DNA from: an uncultured Gemmatimonadaceae bacterium
GTDB taxonomy: Bacteria; Gemmatimonadota; Gemmatimonadetes; Gemmatimonadales; Gemmatimonadaceae
DNA length: 64,000 nucleotides
NCBI GenBank assembly: GCA_963751275.1
Contig: CAVVTZ010000009.1
Coordinates: forward strand, 512,001 to 576,000
Direction: 5' to 3'
Part shown: positions 45,801 through 54,070 of the stretch, one piece after another
How positions within the stretch are numbered: position 1 is the first letter of the stretch
How the letters are laid out: every line of letters begins with the position of its first letter
Translations under genes and position numbers: made by a program
Notes under the pieces: generated by a model
Told to the model about the DNA's origin: nothing
Seen by the model: the letters and a program-made list of their open reading frames with translations, nothing else
The model's database searches: none

Positions 45801-45922
45801 GGGTCGATCGCGCGAAGGCGGCGCTCACGGGCAAGGTGGACGCGGCGCCGGGTTCGACACCGGCGGCTCCGACACCGGCCGCGCCAGCGCCCGCGAAGCC
45901 GCCGGCGGGAGGTGGACGATGA
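42865..45922 (+). CDS. Large secreted TPR protein (GltD/AgmU-like), frameshift near 43490
   Basis: DALFQLGELL, YTLGTLY, SFFRLGD, ALYKLGWSYY, AQYNAA repeats. Confidence 0.75.
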
Positions 45923-46698
45923 GCACCATGGCGCGGAGCCGAACCGTCGCGGTCGTGTCCGTCGTGCTGGCGCTCCTTGCCGCCGGCGCGCTGACGGCGC
46001 GCGCGCAGGGGCAGCAGCCGCCCGCGAAGAAGACGACGACGGGGCAGACGATCGAGATCCGCGGGCAGGCGCCCACGCCGCAGGTCGTGACCGTGCGTCC
46101 GCGCGAAGTGCCGGTGTACAAGCCGGCGGCGCTGCCGGGCGCCGTGATGACGTCGGGCGCGTGGCCCTCGGTGACCGCGGCCTACGCGATCACGCCGTCC
46201 GACCAGCTGGCCGGCCATCTGCCGATCGACACGTCGGCCGCGGGACTCGCCCGCGGCGGCGCGATGCTGGGCACCGTGGCGGTCACGGGCGCGGCGGCGC
46301 ACGGTGCGGCCGCCGGCGGCGCCGGCGCCGCGGGCGCCCCCGTGCCGGGCGGCAGCGCGGCGGAGATCGAAGCCATGCGCAAGGAGCTCGCGATGCGCCG
46401 GGCGCGCCTCGATTCGCTCCAGAGGGCGCTGAACGAGAACGCGAGCCGCCAGACCGAGCTGGGCGCGCCGCCGGTTGCCGCGGGTGCCGCGGGCGCCGCG
46501 CACGTGTCGGCCGCCGACTCGGCGGCCCGCGCGGCCGAGATCGACGCGATCCGGCGCGAGTTGAATTACCGGATGCAGCGGCTCGACTCGCTGCAGCGTG
46601 AAGTGAATACCCTGGGCCGGGCCAAGACGCTGCCGCCCGTGAAGGCCGACACCACGAAGAAGGCGCCGCCGGGCAATACGCCGCGCGGCTCCCGTTGA
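45919..46698 (+). CDS. Secreted low-complexity protein with GltF-like motif and duplicated coiled segment
   Basis: Signal peptide; TIEIRGQAPTPQVVTVRPR; AAEIEAMRKEL..RLDSLQR present twice. Confidence 0.6.
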   Translation: MSTMARSRTVAVVSVVLALLAAGALTARAQGQQPPAKKTTTGQTIEIRGQAPTPQVVTVRPREVPVYKPAALPGAVMTSGAWPSVTAAYAITPSDQLAGHLPIDTSAAGLARGGAMLGTVAVTGAAAHGAAAGGAGAAGAPVPGGSAAEIEAMRKELAMRRARLDSLQRALNENASRQTELGAPPVAAGAAGAAHVSAADSAARAAEIDAIRRELNYRMQRLDSLQREVNTLGRAKTLPPVKADTTKKAPPGNTPRGSR

Positions 46699-46738
46699 AC
46701 CCTGACCGCGTTCGAAATCCTACGGAGGATCCGCGTCG

Positions 46739-47377
46739 ATGAACTTCATCCAGTATTTCCGGAACGGCGGCCCGATCATGTATCCCATCCTCCTGACCGC
46801 GATCGTGGGGGCTGCGATATTCTTCGAGCGCTTCTACACGATCGTGATCCGGTCGAAGATCAACGGCCGCGCCTTCATCGAGCGCGTGATCCAGCTCGTG
46901 CGAGCGGGCAAGACCGAGGATGCGATCAAGCTCTGCCAGCAGTCGAAGGCCGTGCTGCCGGACATGGGCATGCTCATCCTCCGCAGCCGGAGCCGCGATG
47001 AGGCGGATCTCCAGAACGTGGCCGACGCGGCCGCGCTCTCGGTGCTGCCGCGGCTGACGCGGCGGCTGCACTATCTACCGATGCTCGCGAACGTCGCGAC
47101 GCTCATCGGGCTGCTCGGCACGATCTTCGGCCTGCAGGCGGCCTTCGCGTCGGTGGGGCTGGCGAGTGCCGCGGCGCGCAGCGGCGAGCTGGCCAAGGGC
47201 ATCTCGGTGGCGCTCTACGCCACCGGCTTCGGGCTGCTCACCGCGATCCCGCTCTCCGTGGGGCACGCGTATCTCGTGAGCCAGGCGGAAGGGATCATCG
47301 AGCAGGTGGACGAGTTCCAGGTGCGGTTGATCAATGCGTTGATCGACCGGCCGGACGTGCGGATCGGGAACCGGTAA
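46739..47377 (+). CDS. MotA/TolQ/ExbB proton channel
   Basis: GGPIMYPI, LIGLLGTIFG, ISVALYATGFGLLTAIP. Confidence 0.9.
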   Translation: MNFIQYFRNGGPIMYPILLTAIVGAAIFFERFYTIVIRSKINGRAFIERVIQLVRAGKTEDAIKLCQQSKAVLPDMGMLILRSRSRDEADLQNVADAAALSVLPRLTRRLHYLPMLANVATLIGLLGTIFGLQAAFASVGLASAAARSGELAKGISVALYATGFGLLTAIPLSVGHAYLVSQAEGIIEQVDEFQVRLINALIDRPDVRIGNR

Positions 47378-47444
47378 TGACAGTGTGCACGCGCGGCCGC
47401 GGCCGGCGTCCCACTGTATGACGACTCACGTGAGCTGAGCCGAT

Positions 47445-47975
47445 ATGGCCTCGCTATTCCACCGATCCACGAACCGGCGCAAGGCGGCCGCGCCGTTGAC
47501 GGCGCACGGGAACATCAATCTCGTGCCGCTGGTGGACATCCTCACGTCCATCGTGTTCTTCTCGCTCATCACGCTGCAGAACGCGGACGTCGCCCAGCTG
47601 ACGAGCTTCGATCTTTCGCTGCCGCCGGTGGTGGTGACCACGCCGGAGCAGCTCAGCAAGCTCAAGGCCGACCAGGCGCTCGACCTGCTGCTCACGGTGC
47701 GCGTGGACAACGATCATCTGCTCATCGAGCATTCGGAGGAGGGCGGCTTCAAGCGGCAGATCAACGGGCTCGATTCGGCGTCGCTGGCGTCGCTGCAGGC
47801 GCTGATGACGGAGATCCGCCAGAAGTATCCGCAGAACAGCGATGTGACGGTGATCCCGGATGACGACGTGAGCTACGACAACATCGTGCACGTGCTGGAG
47901 CGGCTGAAGCTCGCGCGCTTCACGGGCATCTCGCTTGGCACCCGTTCGCGCGGCGCGGCCGCGCCGGGAGCGTAG
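47445..47975 (+). CDS. ExbD/TolR family protein
   Basis: INLVPLVDIL TM with Asp; PDDDVSYDNIVHVL. Confidence 0.88.
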   Translation: MASLFHRSTNRRKAAAPLTAHGNINLVPLVDILTSIVFFSLITLQNADVAQLTSFDLSLPPVVVTTPEQLSKLKADQALDLLLTVRVDNDHLLIEHSEEGGFKRQINGLDSASLASLQALMTEIRQKYPQNSDVTVIPDDDVSYDNIVHVLERLKLARFTGISLGTRSRGAAAPGA

Positions 47976-47976
47976 T

Positions 47977-48558
47977 ATGGCCGCCCGGGGCCGTGACGCC
48001 CGCGCGCAGCGGCGCGCTCAGCAGTTCGCGAAGTTCCGGATCACGGAACTGAATCTCGTGCCGCTGGTGGACACCTTCGTGTCGATCGTCTTCTTCGCGC
48101 TCACGAGCGCGACGGTGGGCGAACTGGCGCCGGTCGCACCCGGCGTGCGGCTCCCCGAGGCGTCGGTGGGCAGCAGCGCGCTCCAGGAACTCACGCTGGG
48201 CGTGGGCCGCGACATCACGCTGGGCGGCGCGCGCGTCACCGGCACGCTGGACGCGGCGGCCGCGGCGTCCAATGATCCGACGCAGCCGCTGCTCATCCCG
48301 GTGCTCCTCACCGCGCTCAAGGAAGCGGGCGATTCGATCAAGACCGCGCACGGGCTCGCCGCCGACCAGCCGGTGGATGCGCCGCTCGCGATCCAGGCCG
48401 ACAAGAGCATGCGCTACGATCTGCTCGCGCGGCTGATGCAGACATCGCGGCTCGCGGGATTCAAGAACATCTCGCTGCAGGTCAAGCGCACGGGCGAAGC
48501 GGCGCCCGTGGTGGACAGCACCGCCGCGCCGCCGGCGGCTCCGACGGGAGGGCGCTGA
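47977..48558 (+). CDS. ExbD/TolR family protein
   Basis: LNLVPLVDTF; IQADKSMRYDLL..LMQT..AGF. Confidence 0.88.
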   Translation: MAARGRDARAQRRAQQFAKFRITELNLVPLVDTFVSIVFFALTSATVGELAPVAPGVRLPEASVGSSALQELTLGVGRDITLGGARVTGTLDAAAAASNDPTQPLLIPVLLTALKEAGDSIKTAHGLAADQPVDAPLAIQADKSMRYDLLARLMQTSRLAGFKNISLQVKRTGEAAPVVDSTAAPPAAPTGGR

Positions 48559-48559
48559 G

Positions 48560-49507
48560 ATGAACAAGCCGCCGCCGCGCCCGCCGGACATCCGCAAGCG
48601 CGTGGACGAAGTCTCGTTCACGCGCAACATGCGCTTCGAGATCGCGGACGCCGAGGAGCGCGCGCTGATCTGGAGCTACGTGTTGGCCGTGTCGATGGGA
48701 TTGGTGTGGCTGCTGCTCGTCTGGTTCGGGCCGTCGCCGCAGGCATCGATCAGCCTGCTGCCGCCGGAGGAGACGCCGGTGGAGGTGAAGTTCGACGACG
48801 CGAAGCCGGCGCCCACGCCCACGGCGGCGCCCGCCGCGGCGCCGGCCGCGGCCGCCCCGAAGCCCGCGGGCGGCAATGAGGGCGCGAATCAGAAGAACAT
48901 CAAGAAGATGGGCGACGCGTTCGGCGGCGCCTCGAAGGGCGGCGGCGGCATGGTGGGCGACGTCTCCAACGCGCTGCGCGGCGTGGACGTGAGCTCGTCC
49001 AGCGGCGGTTCGCCGGGCATGCAGGGGAAGGCGGTGATCGGCTATGGCCAGGGCGGCCAGGGCTCGCGCACGCCGGGACGCGGCGGCCTCGGCACCGGAC
49101 TCGGCACCGGCGGCGGCGGGATCGGCGGCGTCGGCGGCAATGGCGTCGGCTACTCGGGCACGCTCGTCGGCGCGCCGCAGGTGATCCACGCGACGAACGC
49201 CGGCGGCCCGGGCCGCAACACGTCGGACCTCGGCAATTACGTGCGCGGCCGCGATTCGCAGCTGCGGTTCTGCTATGAGGAGTACGGCCTGAAGGTGAAT
49301 CCGTCGCTCGCGGGGTCCGTCACCGCGGCGGTGACGCTCACAGGGCAGGGGAACGTGACGGACGTCACGATCTCGGATCGCACCTGGAGCGGCGCTGGAT
49401 CATCCGAGGCGGAGAATTGCATCAAGCAGCGGATCGCGGGGTGGAGATTCCCGCCCTCGGAAGCAGGGGGAGGGACATACTCCTTCTCCTTCTCGTTCTC
49501 CAAGTAA
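48560..49507 (+). CDS. AgmX/PglI C-terminal domain (TonB-like) membrane protein
   Basis: Single TM, Pro/Ala and Gly-rich linker, QLRFCYE..LKVNPSLAG..C..WRFP. Confidence 0.8.
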   Translation: MNKPPPRPPDIRKRVDEVSFTRNMRFEIADAEERALIWSYVLAVSMGLVWLLLVWFGPSPQASISLLPPEETPVEVKFDDAKPAPTPTAAPAAAPAAAAPKPAGGNEGANQKNIKKMGDAFGGASKGGGGMVGDVSNALRGVDVSSSSGGSPGMQGKAVIGYGQGGQGSRTPGRGGLGTGLGTGGGGIGGVGGNGVGYSGTLVGAPQVIHATNAGGPGRNTSDLGNYVRGRDSQLRFCYEEYGLKVNPSLAGSVTAAVTLTGQGNVTDVTISDRTWSGAGSSEAENCIKQRIAGWRFPPSEAGGGTYSFSFSFSK

Positions 49508-49529
49508 GTACGTAACTGCGTTCGTAGAA

Positions 49530-49935
49530 CCCCGAACGCCGTGAGGCGCACCCCGAACGCCGTGAGGCGTGAGGCGTGCGAGGAACGGACTGTACGGCGT
49601 GAGCCGAACCCCTGACAGCGTGATTCGCGACCCACGCTCCGGCATTCGTCCCCCTAACGCCGGCGTGGGGTGCGCCTCACGCCTCACGCCCGTTCGTCGC
49701 ACGCCTCACGCCTCACGGCGTTCGTGCGCCTCACGCCTCACAGTCCGTTCGTCGCATGCCTCACGCCTCACGGCGTTCGGGGTGCGCCTCACGCCTCACA
49801 GTCCGTTCGTCGCACGACTCACGCCTCACGGCCTTCGGGGTGCGCCTCACGCCTCACAGTCCGTTCGTCGCATGCCTCACGCCTCACGGCGTTCGGGGGG
49901 ACGAACGACGGGGTTCGGGTCTCGCCTCACGCCGT
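49530..49935. repeat. Gene-free inverted/tandem array of the same 7/21/58-bp family
   Basis: 58-bp units start 49741, 49799, 49857 plus a degenerate unit; inverted copy at ~49552-49600. Confidence 0.9.
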
Positions 49936-50522
49936 CAGTCGTTGATCCGCAGCGTGTCCGTCCGGTCCGCGATGATCTCGACTCTCCGCGGCGTCCCGAC
50001 CGATTCTCCGCGCTTGCCGAGTGCGATGATCCACCATGTTCCGGCTCGCAGGGTGAGCAATGCTCGCTCATTCACGATCTTCGCGCGCGCGAGTTCCCGT
50101 CCGCCGGCCGCGGCTTCCTTCTCGAGTTCGCCCGTGTCGACCGCGCGCACCGGCCCCTCGTGGTGCCGCAGCGTATCCCGGCGGATCCGGAGACTCTCGG
50201 CATTCGCGGCATCGCGGGTGAACGCGGCGTACGCGTCCGCGTAGGCCGGTGTGCGGCGGTCGGTCTTGTCGAGGGAATCGGCGCGCGTGTTGAGCCGCGT
50301 GCGCGCTCGCTGGTACTCGGCGTTCAGCGAATCCGCGGCGTGATGCGCGGGGTCGTTCACAATGAGGAGCGAGGGATCCACCGGCGCGGCGAGCACTTCC
50401 ACGGCTCCCGGCACGGTGGTAGAATCCAACGTGACGCGCAGCGTGCCGCTGCGCGCGCACGCGACGGCCGCGAGGAGCACGACGGGAGCGGCGCGCCGCA
50501 GTCTCCCAACGAGGGCGCACAC
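49935..50522 (-). CDS. Hypothetical lipoprotein
   Basis: RRAAPVVLLAAVAC lipobox-like; start uncertain. Confidence 0.55.
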   Translation of the reverse strand: MCALVGRLRRAAPVVLLAAVACARSGTLRVTLDSTTVPGAVEVLAAPVDPSLLIVNDPAHHAADSLNAEYQRARTRLNTRADSLDKTDRRTPAYADAYAAFTRDAANAESLRIRRDTLRHHEGPVRAVDTGELEKEAAAGGRELARAKIVNERALLTLRAGTWWIIALGKRGESVGTPRRVEIIADRTDTLRIND

Positions 50523-50525
50523 TGA

Positions 50526-51335
50526 GTGTGGCATAGAGCGCTGCAAGGTATCGGCGCCCTCTGGGTGCTGCAAGGCACGATGCCGGCGCTGCCGGAGCCT
50601 CGCGGCTACGTCAACGACTTCGCGAACGTCATCCCCGCGGAGCAGGCCGCGCGCATCGCGAGCATCATCGACGCCGTGCGCACGCAGTCGGGTGGCGAGA
50701 TCGTGGTGGTCACGCTGCCGAGCATCGGCGACGCGAGCGTGAACGACGTCGCGCTCCAGATCGGCCGGCAATGGAAGGTTGGGAAGAAAGCGGCGCCGGG
50801 CGATCCCGCGCGCAACACCGGCATCATCATCCTCGTGGTGCCGAAGGAGACGAGCGCCGACGGCCGCGGCCACGTCGCGATCGAGACGGGCTCCGGCACC
50901 GAGGGCTTCATCACGGATGGCGACGCCGGCCAGATCCGCGACGAGGCGATCCCGCTCTTCCAGGAACGCGATTACGGCGGCGCGATCCTGCTCATCACCT
51001 CGCGCGTCGCCGAACGTTATGCGTCGGAGTTCCACTTCTCGCTGGACTCGTCGCTCGCGATCACGCCGCCGCCCATCCGCATTCCCCGCCCGCAGATGCC
51101 CCACATCGATCCGATCTGGGTCTTCTTGGCGTTCATCGTTTTGGTTAACCTATTGCGGGTGCTTTCGGGCCGCGGCGGGTGCTTCGGCTGCGCCGCGCCG
51201 CTGTTCATCGGTGGCGGCCGCCGGGGCGGCTGGACCAGCGGCGGTGGCGGCGGCTTCGGCGGCGGTGGAGGAGGCTTCGGCGGTTTCGGTGGTGGCGGCG
51301 GGTTCAGCGGCGGCGGCGCAAGCGGGAGCTGGTGA
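50526..51335 (+). CDS. TPM (DUF477) domain protein
   Basis: GYVNDFANVI, EIVVVTL, IETGSGTEG.ITD, Gly-rich tail GGFSGGGASGSW. Confidence 0.88.
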   Translation: MWHRALQGIGALWVLQGTMPALPEPRGYVNDFANVIPAEQAARIASIIDAVRTQSGGEIVVVTLPSIGDASVNDVALQIGRQWKVGKKAAPGDPARNTGIIILVVPKETSADGRGHVAIETGSGTEGFITDGDAGQIRDEAIPLFQERDYGGAILLITSRVAERYASEFHFSLDSSLAITPPPIRIPRPQMPHIDPIWVFLAFIVLVNLLRVLSGRGGCFGCAAPLFIGGGRRGGWTSGGGGGFGGGGGGFGGFGGGGGFSGGGASGSW

Positions 51336-51336
51336 C

Positions 51337-52053
51337 ATGGCCAAGATGACACTCGACGCACTCGTCTCCCAACTGAAGCTCGCCTTCGGCGCCGAGCTGC
51401 GCGCTGTGGTGCTATACGGCTCCGCGGTGCGCGAGCCGTCCGGCGCACTGCGCGGCGGCCACAACGTGCTCGTCGTGGTGGAGCACATCACGATGGACAC
51501 GCTCGCGCGTGAAGCCGCGATCGCGGCGGCGTGGACCGAGGCCGGCAATCCGCCGCTCCTCACCATGACCTCCGACGAGTTCCACGGATCGGCCGACATC
51601 TTCCCCATCGAATACGCCGACCTGCTCGACGCGCACCGCATCCTCCACGGCTCATTGGCCATCGACGGCATGCAGGTGGAGCGCAGCGACCTGCGGCTGC
51701 ATCTCGAGCACGAAGCGATGGGCAAGCTCCTTCGCTTGCGCCGCGGCATCCTCGCGGTGGGCGGCGACCGCAAGCGCCAGATCGCGTTGCTCGCCGAGAG
51801 CGTGGGCGCGTTCGTCGTGCTCTTTCGCGCATTGCTGCGCGTGCATGGCGATGCGCCGCCGGCCGACGCCGCGGCGCTCATCACCTCCGCGGCCGCGCGC
51901 GCCGGCTTCGACGCCGCCCCGTTCCAGGCGGCGCTGCATCACGCGCGCGGCGACGAGAAGATCCCCCCGGCCAACGCACCGGCCGTGCTGAACGCCTACC
52001 TCGCGGGCGCCACGCAACTGGCGCATCACATCGATCGCATGGGAGCATCATGA
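51337..52053 (+). CDS. Nucleotidyltransferase-like domain protein
   Basis: AVVLYGSA, NVLVVV, ADIFPIEY; typical context between TPM and LemA genes. Confidence 0.7.
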   Translation: MAKMTLDALVSQLKLAFGAELRAVVLYGSAVREPSGALRGGHNVLVVVEHITMDTLAREAAIAAAWTEAGNPPLLTMTSDEFHGSADIFPIEYADLLDAHRILHGSLAIDGMQVERSDLRLHLEHEAMGKLLRLRRGILAVGGDRKRQIALLAESVGAFVVLFRALLRVHGDAPPADAAALITSAAARAGFDAAPFQAALHHARGDEKIPPANAPAVLNAYLAGATQLAHHIDRMGAS

Positions 52054-52538
52054 AACGACTCGCGCTCTTCCCGCTGGCGCTCGGCTTCGCGCTCGTCCTC
52101 GCGGCCTGTCCCAAGGAGAAGCCCAAGCCCGCGCCGGTCGCGGCGGACACGACACCGCTCAACCTCGATTCCGTGAAGACGGCCATCGCCCCCGCGGCGC
52201 CGGACACCTTCACGCCGATCAAGGCGGCCGAGCAGATCCCGCCGGCGCCGCCGGCGCTGCTGGACGCGGTGCAGCGCGAGCAGTCGTTCAGCAAATTCTG
52301 CTACCAGGAATTCGGCCAGAAGGCGGATCCGTCGCTCGCGGGCGGCGTGGCGATGGTGGTGACCGTGGAGTCGAGCGGCATCACCGACGCGCACGTGCGC
52401 GCCGACTCGTGGACCTCCAAGGCGGGAAAGGCCGTGAACACTTGCCTCAATGAAAAGGCGCCGCTGGCGTGGAAGCCCGAGCCGGGATCCGTGAAACCGG
52501 GCCGCTACATCGTGCAACTCGCGTTCCGTCCATCGTGA
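52050..52538 (+). CDS. Lipoprotein with AgmX/PglI-like C-terminal domain
   Basis: LAAC lipobox; KFCYQEFGQKADPSLAG..W..NTCL aligns by eye with the C-terminus of 48560..49507. Confidence 0.7.
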   Translation: MKRLALFPLALGFALVLAACPKEKPKPAPVAADTTPLNLDSVKTAIAPAAPDTFTPIKAAEQIPPAPPALLDAVQREQSFSKFCYQEFGQKADPSLAGGVAMVVTVESSGITDAHVRADSWTSKAGKAVNTCLNEKAPLAWKPEPGSVKPGRYIVQLAFRPS

Positions 52539-52576
52539 CCGACGCTCGCCCCATTCTCTGATCGGGAGACCGAACG

Positions 52577-53197
52577 ATGCGCAAGAATAGATGGCTGGTG
52601 CTGTTGCTCCCGCTCTCGCTCGCCGGCTGCGGCTACAACCGCATCCAGACGATGGATGAGGCGGCGAATTCCGCGCGCAGCCAGATCGAAGTGCAGCTGC
52701 AGCGGCGGGCGGACCTGATCCCGAATCTCGTGAGCACCGTGAAGGGCTACGCGGCGCACGAGGATGAAGTGTTCACCAAGGTGGCGGAAGCGCGCACCGC
52801 GCTGATCGGCGCCATCGGCACGCACGATCCCGAGCAGATGGCCGCGGCGAACGCGCAGACCACGAGCGCGCTCGGCCGGCTGCTCGCGATCTCGGAGAAC
52901 TATCCGAACCTGAAGGCCGACCAGAGTTTCATCCGGCTCCAGGACGAACTGACGGGCACCGAGAACCGGATCGCCGTCTCGCGCAGCGACTACAACCAGG
53001 CGGCGCAGGCGTACAACGCGTACATCCGCCAGTTCCCCATCGTGCTCACGGCGAAGGTGATCGGCGCGAAGGCGAAGCCGTACTTCGAGACGTTGACGCC
53101 CGGCGCCGCGACCGCGCCCACGGTGGATTTCTCGAAGCCGGGTGCGGCGCCGCCGGCGCCGCCAGCGCCCGCGCCGGCCCCGACGAAGGTTCCATAA
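52577..53197 (+). CDS. lemA: LemA family protein
   Basis: CGYN, QRRADLIPNLV.TVKGYA.HE, ENYPNLKA, ENRIAVSR. Confidence 0.92.
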   Translation: MRKNRWLVLLLPLSLAGCGYNRIQTMDEAANSARSQIEVQLQRRADLIPNLVSTVKGYAAHEDEVFTKVAEARTALIGAIGTHDPEQMAAANAQTTSALGRLLAISENYPNLKADQSFIRLQDELTGTENRIAVSRSDYNQAAQAYNAYIRQFPIVLTAKVIGAKAKPYFETLTPGAATAPTVDFSKPGAAPPAPPAPAPAPTKVP

Positions 53198-53248
53198 TCA
53201 AAGAAGGGCATGCGTGAGGCGTGAGTCGTGCGTGACGGCGTGACTCGT

Positions 53249-53841
53249 ATGTGGTGCGTCAGGGCGTGCGCAACGGCGTTCGCGGCGGCGGTGATCGCCG
53301 CGTGCGCCGGAGGGCCGCCGCCGGGCTCCCCGGGCGCCCCGGCGCCGGTGATCAAGATCCTCTTCCCGCTCGTGATCGATTCGGTGCGCTTCACCAGCGG
53401 GTGGGGCGACGATCGCGAGGGCGGCCGCCTGCACCACGGGCAGGACATGTTCTGCCCGAAGTGGACGCCCATCATGGCGGTCGTGAACGGCACGGTGGAC
53501 TGGATCCTCACCTCGCCACCGAAGCAGCCGAAGGGATATCACATCCTGCTGCGCGGCGATGATGGCAACGTCTACCTGTATGAGCACCTGAACAACGACG
53601 ACCCCGGCACGAGCGACAACAAGGGGGCGCCGCGCTATGCGTACGCGCGCAATCTGAAGAACGGCGACCGCGTGGAGGCCGGCGACATCATCGGGTACGT
53701 CGGCGATTCCGGGAACGCCGAGAAGTGGGGGGCGCATCTCCACTTCGAGATCCATATCGGGAAGTGGGGCAACCCGATCGACCCCGCGCCCTCGTTGCGC
53801 GCCGCCCTGGCGCGCCGGCGCGCGAATTCGGGGATTCTTAG
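53249..53841 (+). CDS. M23 family peptidase lipoprotein (true stop uncertain)
   Basis: IAAC lipobox; HHGQD, YEHL, IGYVGDSGNA, HLHFEI. Confidence 0.75.
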
Positions 53842-53881
53842 GGAACCCTGTAGGGGATCCTTACAATATGTCGGGACGTTC

Positions 53882-53910
53882 TTGACAGCCTTGTTACGGG
53901 GCCGTAAGCT
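53882..53910 (+). promoter_or_regulatory. Sigma-70 promoter for susC2
   Basis: TTGACA-17 bp-TAAGCT. Confidence 0.65.
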
Positions 53911-54070
53911 CGCGCTGACAGACCCGCTCCAGGCCGATCGCTCGCGCCGGAAATCCCGGCGCGTTCGTCGTACTGGACCTTGGAAAGGGAGGTGCGGCGA
54001 ACTGGACTTGCTACACGAACGTTCCGCAAAGGTTCCGTCAGCAGCACGATCTCCAATTCAGGAGGCGCGT

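Noticed and set aside
49569..50525. Repetitive peptides translated from the repeat arrays (SHASRLTAFGV...)
   Set aside because: They are a by-product of stop-free tandem repeats; the 58-bp period shifts frame each unit and there is no SD or credible start
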